DNA from: Tubiluchus corallicola
Lineage: Eukaryota; Animalia; Priapulida
Direction of reading: 5' to 3'
DNA length: 37,242 nucleotides
Assembly (NCBI GenBank): GCA_030141605.1
Contig: JAQGDQ010001509.1
Span: 1-37,242, forward strand
In this document: piece after piece, positions 13,106-24,511 of the stretch
Numbering within the stretch: position 1 is the stretch's first letter
Layout: the number at the start of each line of letters is the position of its first letter
Made by a program: the position numbers and the translations under genes
The notes under the pieces: model-generated
Database searches by the model: none
The model's input: the letters and a program-made list of their open reading frames with translations, nothing else
Told to the model about the DNA's origin: nothing

Positions 13106-13584
13106 CACTGACTCACTATCCCAGTGTGCACGACTGACTCACTATCCCAGTGTGCACCACTGACTCACTATCCCAGTGTGCACCTCTGACTCACTATCCC
13201 AGTGTGCACCTCTGACTCACTATCCTAGTGTGCACCACTGACTCACTATCCCAGTGTGCACGACTGACTCGCTATCCCAGTGTGCACGACTGGCTCGCAA
13301 TCCCAGTGTGCACGAGTGACTCGCTATCCCAGTGTGCACGACTGACTCACTATCCCAGTGTGCACGTCTGACTCGCTATCCCAGTGTGCACGACTGACTC
13401 ACTATCCCAGTGTGCACCTCTGACTCACCATCCCAGTGTGCACCTGTGACTCACTATCCCAGTGTGCACCACTGATTCACTATCCCAGTGTGCACCTCCG
13501 GCTCACTATCCCAGTGTGCATGACTGACTCACTATCCCAATGTGCACGACTGGCTCACTATCCCAATGTGCATGACTGGCTCAC
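13106..13584. repeat. 26-bp minisatellite, ~18 copies
   Basis: Unit tgactcactatcccagtgtgcacgac. Confidence 0.95.
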
Positions 13585-13757
13585 CAAAAACACATTATTC
13601 ATCTTATTGACAGTGTAAAGTAGCTTAAACAGTTACTTAGTCAGTGAAGAGTGTGCTAAAGATACCTTCAAAGTTCTCGCAATGTTATCTAAACTTATTT
13701 CAAACGACTTACCGTTAAAAAGCCTGCGCCTAGCGGGTGTTTAAAATTACCACTGTA

Positions 13758-13758
<1 letters not shown>

Positions 13759-13817
<59 letters not shown>
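13759..13817. repeat. (TA)n microsatellite
   Basis: About 29 TA units; the mirror copy at 36012-36074 is 4 nt longer. Confidence 0.97.
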
Positions 13818-13820
<3 letters not shown>

Positions 13821-13958
13821 TATTATATAACTTCCAATAAGTAATATAACTTTGTATTGAAAGTTCTTTAGGATGTACTTTAGGATTCTCTTTTCTTCCT
13901 ATTTAAATACTCATTTGCTCTAAAGAAAACTAAATTTAACTAAGTTTGATTTTATATG

Positions 13959-14630
13959 CAGTAGTCGCCACTTAATAGACTCATTTTAGGACCGAAGTGC
14001 TTTGAACCAATTAACCGACTGACCCTATTAACCGATGGGTGTAGTATTACAGGTACAGAAGTATGAGTCACCAGCTTAGTGTGCATTGCAAATGTTTTTA
14101 ATGAATTTTAGAAACGAAGTAATGCCTAAATTCCTTTGCGTGGGTAAAATTTTTAGAAAAAAATATATTTTAAAATATTAATTTATACCAATGAATTAGC
14201 AATACATTAAAAAGTAATAGGCAAGGTAGTAAGTGATTAAATGTTTGGCTTCCATAATTCTTTGGGTAACGAGGCTAATTGCAGTGGACGAGCAGGTAAC
14301 TGATTCAAAGCAAAACTGCTACACTAGCGTATTAGTCATGATAAACGACATGCTTACAACAAAACGGTACTTACATGATTGTTTCTGCATGCATAGTTCA
14401 CAGAAGCGAAGTAAAGATGACATAAAACTAGGAAAGGCTCTTTGGGCACATACAAATGTCTTATTTTAAGTGGGTGAAGGAAAAATATTGAGTCAATTAT
14501 GCGGAGTTATTTGAATGAACTACCGATAGTTTTTATGTACATTTGAATAGAAGCGGCCCGTACCAGGCATTTTCGAGTCAATTGAGCAATTGAGTCTATT
14601 AACCGTGAGTCTATTAATCACCGCCTACTG
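13959..14630. mobile_element. Tc1/mariner-pogo-like MITE (TRIR intron 2)
   Basis: Imperfect TIRs cagtagtcgccacttaatagactc / gagtctattaatcaccgcctactg. TA on the right flank, TG on the left. Subterminal attaaccg repeats. Confidence 0.7.
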
Positions 14631-14699
14631 TATACTGAACTGCAATATATAACTTTCCAAAACCTGATGCTTGATCCTAAGATGTACATTTTGTTTAAG

Positions 14700-14801
14700 G
14701 CATCTACAAAAGAACCATGGGCACAGTACTTGAGTGAAGTGAAGAAATACAGAAATCAAATATGCAGCGAGGATGATAGCAACCGACCGCTGGTCAAGTG
14801 A
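14700..14801 (+). CDS. TRIR: TRIR exon 3 (terminal); spliced product 182 aa
   Basis: ttttgtttaag|GCA...TGA. Encodes ASTKEPWAQYLSEVKKYRNQICSEDDSNRPLVK* (human DAWAKYMAEVKKYKAHQCGDDDKTRPLVK*). Confidence 0.93.
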   Translation, partial: ASTKEPWAQYLSEVKKYRNQICSEDDSNRPLVK

Positions 14802-15460
14802 ATGTAAAATTGACGTGTAATAGAATTTATTAGATTAACTGACGTCATAAAATGTACAAAAAAATGTTGATTACGTATACTTCACATAATTAATGTAGAG
14901 CAAATCTTTGTGGTTTAGCGCGCAACGTAAATTTTATGAATTGTGTATATTAATGCAGTACAGTACTGATAAATTTGCAGACTAAAATTTGTTATTGTTA
15001 ACAGTTCTTTGAAACATTTTCTGCTCTTCAGTTAAAATGGGCATTGTTGGAGAAGAATGAATGTGAATGAACTATCATCCTATCAGTAAGTAATGTAATG
15101 ACTCCCAAGAAGATTTCCCATGTCTCTCAAACAACTGTAAAAAGCTAAGACTTGATTTCACTTTGACAACACTCTCAACTAATGTAGTATCAATGATATA
15201 AGTGCTAATTTAATATCTGTAATTTCTAATATCACTAGTTTACTAATTGTATTACTACATAATGCAAGATCACTAAGGTTCTTATTCTGACTCGTCTTTG
15301 ATTGCCTTTCTTTGATGGAGCAGAAAATGGAACTTTTAATGTGGATTTCAAAAACCTGTTAAAAAAATATATTAAAAAATTCTGTTAGTTTTTTTGTACA
15401 ATCTTAAACTAGTAAGTAATTGTCCACATTTATCTTGCATAATCAAAACTCTGCACTAAA

Positions 15461-15539
15461 TTTTAGCTGTTGATATGTTTCAGTAGATGGGGTATGTGGG
15501 GTATGTACCCCATCTACTGAAACATATCAACAGCTAAAA
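15461..15539. repeat. Perfect hairpin: 34-bp stem, 11-nt loop
   Basis: ttttagctgttgatatgtttcagtagatggggta - tgtggggtatg - taccccatctactgaaacatatcaacagctaaaa. Confidence 0.95.
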
Positions 15540-16180
15540 CATACATACCGTATGTGACTTTTTACCACTTGAGCAGTGAACTTACCAATTTTTCTATTTG
15601 CAAACACTGGTAAAGAAAGAAATTTTTCGTGAAAGCAGGGCTTCGAAACGTAAAAAAAACTTTTGTTATGCCAGGTGTTCGTTACAGAAATTACCGGTTG
15701 CACATTCCCAAAACCGCCATGTTTGTACATTCACATAAAAATCATTGTAGACACAAAATACTGCTGTCGCAACACAATTGGTAATTTGATTTTTGCAATT
15801 TTGGATATATTGTGCATTATGATGTTATAAATAAAGTGTGTATGCCTTCATAAACAACTGACGTCATGTTTATTGTACACAGCACTGTCAATCATGATAA
15901 ACATTAGTATAACAATACCATAGATATGGTTTATGTAGATCAAAGATCTCGGTGATTGCTTAGGAGTGTTCTGCATTCTAGACTCTTGCTGTTCTGATCT
16001 TTGTTTAAGTTCCTAATTAGTTTAATAAATACGACTTTATTATGCACGCATTCGCCTGTTTGCTAATATTATTATAGAGTGTAACAACTAGTATATGCAC
16101 TTGTGTATATTCATTTTTATTTAGACAACAGAGAGAAATAAATTGGAAAAGTTCATATAAATATAACATGCCGATTTCTG

Positions 16181-16398
16181 ACCAGATGTCTCAGACTTGC
16201 ACAAAAGTTAATGTTACATCAAGACCAGATGTTTCAGACTTGCACAAAAATTAATGTTACATCAAGACCAGATGTTTCAGACTTGCACAAAAGTTAATGT
16301 TACAGCAAGACCAGATGTCTCAGACTTGCACAAAAGTTAATGTTACATCAATACCAGATGTTTCAGACTTGCACAAAAGTTGATGTTACATCAATACC
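16181..16398. repeat. 43-bp minisatellite, 5 copies
   Basis: Unit accagatgt(c/t)tcagacttgcacaaaagttaatgttacatcaag. Confidence 0.93.
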
Positions 16399-16724
16399 CA
16401 TATGTGTTATAATTACCCATACAGCCATGATCAATTAACATGAAAAGTGGAAAAAACTGTCTGTAACCTAATGTTACTCAACTATATCAACAAAGGCTGC
16501 TTTTAGGTATTAAAATAATAAACAATACATGAGAAAGAAATGTTTGGTCCTCAAAAAGACTTTTCAAGACAAATAAAACTAGATTAAACATTAGAGAACT
16601 TGATTAAATGAGAAAATTAAATATGAGATAAACAGGAATGCAACATTAACATTATCATAATTAACACGCACCACTTTAATTAATTTTCTGATAAGTTGAC
16701 AACATACCAGTTAACAACTGTATA

Positions 16725-17178
16725 CAGTGGCGGATTTAGGGGGTGGTCCCAAGAGGACAGCCCCCCCTTTCGTAGTAGCAGTTACAGCACGCCAAGTGAA
16801 TGTTTCTCTGGATTATAAGCTTTAGAACGTTTAGTGGCAGCTTTTAATGACTTATATCGAGTAAAAAGTTCTGCATTAATGATTTTAGTGTAAAAGCGTT
16901 TGTGCCCTTTAAGTGATAATTGAAGTTTTAGGCAAAGATGTCGCTGTGCGCAATTATATGCTATACTAGTATGTATGCTAGTATATTGGTGTGTAATTAA
17001 GAGTCAAAAGTTTGAGGTGACATAATGAGTTTTAAACTATTGAATTTGCTCGAGGAAACAGTAAGAAAAATGTTCTAAAATTCAGTAAAATACATTGGTA
17101 GCCGGCTGGGGTTCCCCAGACCCCCTAGCCGCTTTTTCGTTGGACCCACCCTTTTTCTGGAGCCTGTATCCGCCACTG
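16725..17178. mobile_element. MITE with CAGTGGCGGAT TIRs (hAT-like)
   Basis: cagtggcggat...atccgccactg with G/C-run subterminal motifs. Only gtata is shared by the flanks; no clean 8-bp TSD. Confidence 0.75.
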
Positions 17179-17849
17179 GTATATGATACATCCACGTTAA
17201 CAAAAGCAAAATCATGTCATTTCATTTCCTTGACGAATAAAAGCAATCTCTGTAACACTGATTTGTACTCACCAAATGTCTAGACCTTTAAAATAGAGCC
17301 TACACCTTTGAAAGTATTAATTATGCTAGTACTACATAATAAAAATCATTATGATTTGCAATTTGGAATATACCTCATGGTTTATGACTATCATATTATG
17401 AACATACACAGAATTCGAGTAACTTATTAATTGCAGTTTTAATAAGCTGCTGCATGTAAAATTAAATAAGCTATATTTACAATCCGTACATAAGTAAACA
17501 TAAATTATTTACAGCGGTGGGATGCTGGTTCCCAATCTTATTTGGTCCATAGCCCAATGCACAAAAAACAAAAGTTCTTTTATCAGATTGTGTGGCCCAC
17601 ATGGTATATGTCTATGGCGAGGGCTCACTGATCTACATTGTATATTGCATACTAACCCTTGAAGCAAAGGCAACCTGTTACTTTTGGTTTTTATCAGTTT
17701 TTCTCATGAACTTCTGTTACAAAAACACTGTTTCTAATGAACATGTTTCTACTAAACGCTTGGACATTTTACAATCTGTCACAATCTTCAGCTCAAACGA
17801 TCTTCACACGAAAATGTCAACCTATACTCATGATAATTTCTTTCAAGTG

Positions 17850-18346
17850 AAATTCTCTGCAGGACTCCATGATTTGTCACAAATTCTCTGCTGGACTCCA
17901 TGATTTGTTACAAATTCTCTGCACGACTCCATGATTTGTTACAAATTCTCTGCAGTACTCCATGATTTGTCACAAATTCTCTGCAGGACTCCATGATTTG
18001 TCACAAATTCTCTGCAGGACTCCATGATTTGTTACAAATTCTCTGCAGGACTCCATGATTTGTCACAAATTCTCTGCTGGACTCCATGATTTGTTACAAA
18101 TTCTCTGCACGACTCCATGATTTGTTACAAATTCTCTGCAGTACTCCATGATTTGTCACAAATTCTCTGCAGGACTCCATGATTTGTCACAAATTCTCTG
18201 CACGACTCCATGATTTGTTACAAATTCTCTGCAGGACTCCATGATTTGTTACAAATTCTCTGCAGGACTCTATGATTTGTTACAAATTCTCTGCAGGACT
18301 CCATGATTTGTTACAAATTCTCTGCAGGACTCCATGATTTGTCACA
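17850..18346. repeat. 31-bp minisatellite, ~16 copies
   Basis: Unit aaattctctgcaggactccatgatttgt(c/t)ac. Confidence 0.95.
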
Positions 18347-18400
18347 TCAGTTACTCACTGACATTAAAATATTTTGCACATTACACTTCTACATGTAATA

Positions 18401-19031
18401 TGTGTGCTTGCAAACCAAAACCATTCATAAGTCGGTATAGTTAAAACTACGTTCTGATGCTTTAAAGTAGAATGCACCAAAATTTTGGCCTAATGTTACT
18501 TTTTCATTTTTTTATGAAGACAAATGGAAAATATATTGGAATGTTATATTCTAGCATAAAATTATCAAGAAAATGTTCAAAAAATAATAAAAATTTAATT
18601 TTATAACGCCATGCTCACTTCTCTGTTTACAAAGTAGTACTGCAATTGCAAGAAAGGCTGTCATTTAGCTTAGGGTTTTTTCTGTTGTCAAGCCCAAATT
18701 TTCACCAGGAAGAGCCATCTACTGGATTTAAACGTAACTTCAATGTGTTCTTACAAAATGGTTCTCACACTTTGCTAGTGCTGTTGCTAAGTGTTTTGTA
18801 GAAACGCGACACAAAACAATGGCTGACTTTAACAGCGATTTTCTCAAGATTATGTTTTTCACTGCATAGACTGCACCTCAACTTCAATGTGGATTATCTC
18901 AGCTTAGAAATAACATAGAGTGTTGAAGTTATTATCAAAATGATCCTCATGAAATGGATTTTCAGGACTTGTGAATAACTGCAGAAGTCAAAACTGCCGA
19001 CTTATGGACGATTTTGTTATGCAAGCGCACA
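18401..19031. mobile_element. TA-flanked MITE (Tc1/mariner-like) just 3' of the GAL3ST stop codon
   Basis: TA|tgtgtgcttgcaaaccaaaaccattcataagtcgg ... ccgacttatggacgattttgttatgcaagcgcaca|TA; ~35-bp imperfect TIRs. Confidence 0.72.
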
Positions 19032-19093
19032 TATAAACTGTGTAAGCTGCAAAGATAGAGATTCGATGTTAACATCTAGAGATTCAGAGCTGA

Positions 19094-20192
19094 TTAAACA
19101 GTAAAAGTTCTGTTTGGCCAAAGTTTACGTTTGAGTTCAGTTGTGAATGGCAACTCAGCTTTGGCAAGATCAATACAAATTGTATCATTGGACTTCAGTT
19201 TAAAGTTGTAGACATCCGGAGACCAGCTTTTCAACTTCGTGTTCTGTATTTCGTCCTTAGTTACCATGTTGCTAACACAATGATCGTAAACTTCTTGTGT
19301 TTTATTATGCAGAGCGGCTAAATCATCAGCCATCCGTTCTTTCCCAAATTCCTCAATCTTCTTAAAAAATATTTCCTTGAATGTTGAGTAAAGTTTCATA
19401 TCTGCGCTACTCCACGATTCTATCAAATGTCGTTGTTCTTCAGTTAACTGAGTTTTTTTGCCAGGAAACCTGGCATTCACTTTGAAGACGACAACGTCAA
19501 TCCAATCCCAACACAGCAAATCTCTCAACAGAACTAGGGACTCGTCAAAATATTCTGCAATCATAATCAAGTCAAATTCGTTCTTTATTGAATTAATTTT
19601 CTCTTCGATTCGCCTCTCGTTATCGAAATGTTCAAAGTCCAAGCCGAAATCAAACATCATGGTATTTCTTCCCGGTGGCGTAGCGCGCGGAGCTTTGTCG
19701 AAGTACATCCGAGGGTTCCGAATGTAAGTGTCGAAATCCGTCCCGTAACGTTTGTCATACTTGGAGAACGAGTAAAACGATTCGAGCAGATCCGCAGGAT
19801 GTCGTACGATTGACACAAACTTGGCTTTGGGCATAACAGATCGAATAGTCTCTGGATTGTATCTCGTGTGATGACAAAAGATATTGTACTCTCCACGCGG
19901 GTGTTCCATCATCATAGTGCGAAAAAACTTGCGAAAGAAACCCAGGTAATTACCCCAAGAGGGTAAGACAAAAGTCAGATTATTATACTTTCCGTATCTC
20001 ATGAAGATATTCTGCAGACTACTACTGGCACACTTGTGAGTTTTGAGAAAGAAGATGTCATGCACGGGTTTGCACGTACGTTCCGCAGACATAAAACTAT
20101 GGTTACTCTGGCTGCTATTATTGAACGCATCTGGATGATTTTTCAACATCAAGTAACGAACTTCCGCCGTGAGAGTCGGTCGATAGACAAAA
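19094..20192 (-). CDS. GAL3ST: Galactose-3-O-sulfotransferase family (GAL3ST / cerebroside sulfotransferase-like), copy A, catalytic exon
   Basis: 5'-PSB motif FLKTHKCASSSL, 3'-PB motif IVRHPADLLESFY, and family motifs NTMMFDFG and FDLIMIAEYFDESLVLLRDLLCW. Acceptor ttttgcttttgcag; phase 2 matches the upstream exon. Confidence 0.93.
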
Positions 20193-20357
20193 CTGCAAAA
20201 GCAAAACGGCAACAGAGATCAGAAACTGCACACTGAGTTATTTAAATTATGAATGGTTTTTCAAATTTTAATTCTTAATATAAAGTTAATAGAAGAAAAT
20301 ATCTGTGCTACAATAATGATATTATGTTGAAGATGTTTACAATAATGTAAATAAACT

Positions 20358-20620
20358 ATAATAATAATAATAATCTTTATTTAATGTCGGCTTTTGGATC
20401 AACAATTAACATTAGCTCAAAGAGCTATTATCACCGACTGTAAATAACCAACAACTAGATAACAGAGACCATTATTACCCCACTTTTACCCTAAATACCA
20501 CGCGTCAGGCAGGGCAACAGCAGGTAGCATTTTTAGAGTCTTTGGTATTACCCGGCCGCTGGTTCGAACTCACGACCTCCCAGAAGGAAAGCAGACGCAT
20601 TACCACTAGACTAAGCCGTC
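20358..20620 (-). mobile_element. tRNA-derived SINE in the GAL3ST intron (copy A)
   Basis: Mirror of 29207-29472: A box, B box, core and (TTA)n tail. Confidence 0.82.
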
Positions 20621-20867
20621 TATACACATGATGTTAGTGTATTAAACTTTGGACAGTATTTATTTTCGAACATTTTGTACAAATGTTTTTTGTACTACGT
20701 TAAATCTAAACAATTATACCCTAAAAGCTTTTGTACAAAACCACTTGCCAAATATATTAAATAGACTTACATGAGTGAGACTGATTTTCCAGTTTTTTGT
20801 AATTTTTAACTCACTCTTCATATTTCTTACCTAATTTACAATTGCATTTTGCTAATATGTTCACATA

Positions 20868-21060
20868 ACAGTGGGCTTATACAAGCCTTTGCTTCTCTAG
20901 CCCACTGCAGTACAATTATTCTTTTATGATAACGATAGTGCATGAAACATAACAATTTAATACAGTATGACGTAATAATTTTGATGTCACTGTGTGCTTA
21001 ATGTCAGCATATTGTACTGAATGCGATAATAATAAACAAAACTAAATGAAACTAAAAAAA
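20868..21060 (+). mobile_element. Possible LINE (CR1/L2-group) 3' end remnant
   Basis: Stem-loop cagtgggct-tatacaagcctttgcttctct-agcccactg followed by aataaa and an A-rich tail. Family assignment is from general resemblance only. Mirrored near 28767-28959. Confidence 0.3.
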
Positions 21061-21285
21061 GTAAACAGGACTTTTTAACGGTCCAGATTTTGTTTGATTT
21101 TTGCGATATCCGTAAAAATGAGGCCTGGTAAACCCAGATATGAGTTTACAGTGAAATTTACTTGTATTTAATATCACATTCCCTTTAGTTACTACATTCA
21201 CGCAAAAATAAAACGAAAGCTTTGACTCAAGCCATGGAAAGTTGGCAAATTTAGAATCTTGCTACTGCACAACGGCTGTGTTTAA

Positions 21286-22447
21286 TCTATCAGTACCATA
21301 CCAGATCACCAGCTGCAGCTGACTGCAAGGTGAACTCTACCAGTACCATGCCAGATCACCAGCTGCAGCTGACTGCAAGATGAACTCTACCGGTACCATA
21401 CCAGATCACCAGCTGCAGCTGACTGCAAGGTGAACTCTACCGGTACCATACCAGATCACCAGCTGCAGCTGACTGCAAGGTGAACTCTACCGGTACCACA
21501 CCAGATCACCAGCTGCAGCTGACTGCAAGGTGAACTCTACCGGTACCACACCAGATCACCAGCTGCAGCTGACTGCAAGGTGAACTCTACCGGTACCACA
21601 CCAGATCACCAGCTGCAGCTGACTGCAAGGTGAATTCTACCGGTACCATACCAGATCACCAGCTGCAGCTGACTGCAAGGTGAACTCTACCGGTATCATA
21701 CCAGATCACCAGCGGCAGCTGACTGCAAGGTGAACTCTACCGGTACCACACCAGATCACCAGCGGCAGCTGACAGCAAGGTGAACTCTACCAGTACCATA
21801 CCAGATCACCAGCTGCAGCAGACTGCAAGGTGAACTCTACCAGTACCATACCAGATCACCAGCTGCAGCTGACTGCAAGGTGAACTCTACCAGTACCACA
21901 CCCGAACACCAGCTGCAGCTGACTGCAAGGTGAACTCTATCAGTACCATACCAGATCACCAGCTGCAGCTGACTGCAAGGTGAACTCTACCAGTACCATG
22001 CCAGATCACCAGCTGCAGCTGACTGCAAGGTGAACTCTACCAGTACCATGCCAGATCACCAGCTGCAGCTGACTGCAAGGTGAACTCTACCAGTACCATG
22101 CCAGATCACCAGCTGCAGCTGACTGCAAGGTGAACTCTACCAGTACCATACCAGATCACCAGCTGCAGCTGACTGCAAGGTGAACTCTACCAGTACCATA
22201 CCAGATCACCAGCTGCAGCTGACTGCAAGGTGAACTCTACCAGTACCACACCCGAACACCAGCTGCAGCTGACTGCAAGGTGAACTCTACCAGCACCATA
22301 CCCGAACACCAGCTGCAGCTGACTGCAAGGTGAACTCTACCAGTACCATACCAGATCACCAGCTGCAGCTGACTGCAAGGTGAACTCTACCAGTACCATA
22401 CCAGATCACCAGCTGCAGCTGACTGCAAGATGAACTCTACCAGTACC
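21286..22447. repeat. 50-bp intronic minisatellite, ~23 copies
   Basis: Unit taccagtaccataccagatcaccagctgcagctgactgcaaggtgaactc. Confidence 0.96.
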
Positions 22448-22507
22448 TACTCTCAGCTTCACGATTCGGTTACGACGTAAGTATGAGACAGCGAGTACTG
22501 CACTTAC

Positions 22508-22617
22508 CTCTCAGACCGCTGGGTTATCCAACCTCTTCTAACCCAAAGAAGGTAAGATAAAGCAGAAACAATGACCAAAATGAATAAGCTGAAGTAGGAA
22601 GACTTTATTGTTTTCAT
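22508..22617 (-). CDS. GAL3ST: GAL3ST copy A, N-terminal transmembrane exon (exon acceptor at 22640)
   Basis: MKTIKSSYFSLFILVIVSALSYLLWVRRGWITQRSE + AG|gtaagt: a type II Golgi membrane anchor. Splices in frame to 20192, giving 402 aa from this ATG. Confidence 0.87.
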
Positions 22618-22784
22618 TGCAGACTTGTGGCAAGAACCTCCTAAAAAGAAATTTTTTATTAATTTAATAGACAAGTCTAATAAGCACAGGATAATAGAAA
22701 CATTTTTGATAAAATTTCAATGTTCAAATTTCAGTTTCACAATTCAGACCCATTTATACAAAATGCGTATACAAATTCTAAATT

Positions 22785-24032
22785 TAAGTGCAAAGATAAA
22801 ATAGACATATTAAAGTAAAATGCAAACATAAAGTAAACATAGCAAAGTAAGTGCAAAGATAAAATAAGCATATTAAAGTAAAATGCAAACATAAAGTAAA
22901 GTTAGCAAAGTACGTGCAAAGATAAAATAGACATATTAAAGTAAAATGCAAACACAAAGTAAGCATAGTAAAGTAAGTGCAAAGATAAAATAAGCATATT
23001 AAAGTAAAATGCAAACATAAAGTAAGCATAGCAAAGTAAGTGCAAAGATAAAATAGACATATTAAAGTAAAATGCAAACATAAAGTAAGCATAGCAAAGT
23101 AAGTGCAAAGATAAAATAGACATATTAAAGTAAAATGCAAACATAAAGTAAGCATAGCAAAGTAAGTGCAAAGATAAAATAAGCATATTAAAGTAAAATG
23201 CAAACATAAAGTAAAGTTAGCAAAGTAAGTGCAAAGATAAAATAGACATATTAAAGTAAAATGCAAACACAAAGTAAGCATAGTAAAGTAAGTGCAAAGA
23301 TAAAATAAGCATATTAAAGTAAAATGCAAACATAAAGTAAGCATAGCAAAGTAAGTGCAAAGATAAAATAGACATATTAAAGTAAAATGCAAACATAAAG
23401 TAAGCATAGCAAAGTAAGTGCAAAGATAAAATAGACATATTAAAGTAAAATGAAAACATAAAGTAAGCATAGCAAAGTAAGTGCAAAGATAAAATAGACA
23501 TATTAAAGTAAAATGCAAACATAAAGTAAGCATAGCAAAGTAAGTGCAAAGATAAAATAAGCATATTAAAGTAAAATGCAAACATAAAGTAAAGTTAGCA
23601 AAGTAAGTGCAAAGATAAAATAGACATATTAAAGTAAAATGCAAACACAAAGTAAGCATAGTAAAGTAAGTGCAAAGATAAAATAAGCATATTAAAGTAA
23701 AATGCAAACATAAAGTAAGCATAGCAAAGTAAGTGCAAAGATAAAATAGACATATTAAAGTAAAATGCAAACATAAAGTAAGCATAGCAAAGTAAGTGCA
23801 AAGATAAAATAAGCATATTAAAGTAAAATGCAAACATAAAGTAAAGTTAGCAAAGTAAGTGCAAAGACAAAATAGACATATTAAAGTAAAATGCAAACAC
23901 AAAGTAAGCATAGTAAAGTAAGTGCAAAGATAAAATAAGCATATTAAAGTAAAATGCAAACATAAAGTAAGCATAGCAAAGTAAGTGCAAAGATAAAATA
24001 GACATATTAAAGTAAACTCCAAATATAAAGTA
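22785..24032. repeat. 63-bp tandem array, ~20 copies, essentially left side only
   Basis: Unit taagtgcaaagataaaatagacatattaaagtaaaatgcaaacataaagtaagcatagcaaag. Only ~40 bp of one unit is present in the right arm (27003-27042). Confidence 0.96.
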
Positions 24033-24346
24033 AGCTTACTAGCATGCAGTGCTGGTGCAGTCAACTATCCACAACAATAGTAAGTAGATATATAGGTACA
24101 ATTAGACATATAACCGAGATATAATAACTGACCACAGCTAATTATACATTTAGCATCTCCTGTCAACAAAAAAAAATAATCACAAAAAACGCTAGGAAAT
24201 GAGGTCATTTTACTTACAAAATAAAAAAAATTATGGTGTTTCAAAGTGGTAAATATGGAATACTGAATGACCTTACAATTTTTCCTCTCTGCTTTCATAA
24301 ACAAGTACATGCAGGTTTTGAATTTAGTTTACTGTTTAGAGTTTAC

Positions 24347-24383
24347 CTGGTTGTTCTGCGTGGGTAACAGCACGTCTAATCAT
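24347..24383 (-). CDS. Putative upstream coding exon of GAL3ST copy A (exon 24400-24347), absent from copy B
   Basis: Acceptor attttttgtag, in-frame TGA then attATG, encodes MIRRAVTHAEQP + G|gtaaac. Phase 1 joins the 22640 acceptor in frame (GGSCHKSA-MKTIK), giving 422 aa. Confidence 0.55.
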
Positions 24384-24511
24384 AATGACTCACTTCCTAG
24401 CTACAAAAAATCAATAAAATTGTAAGTGAACTTAGTAGCCAGCATTAGTAGAATCCTATGTATATTTATTTTTTTAAATCATACAACTGCACACGACATA
24501 AATGGTATATG

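Larger units (their letters stand above)
12591..22824. repeat. Left arm of a giant inverted duplication (palindrome); outer limit set only by the window end
   Basis: Reverse complement of 27003-37242. Mirrored coordinates sum to 49827-49833. The ORF track shows identical mirrored ORFs (19094-20212/29618-30736, 17592-17903/31926-32237, 14233-14469/35360-35596). Confidence 0.97.

Noticed and set aside
19458-20236. Small antisense and alternative-frame ORFs within GAL3ST (and their mirrors)
   Set aside because: Shadows of the real coding exon, with no recognisable motifs.
22784-24064. 426-aa hydrophobic Cys/Leu/Phe repeat protein on the minus strand
   Set aside because: The 63-bp unit equals 21 stop-free codons by chance, the start is TTG, and it lies within the predicted GAL3ST intron.
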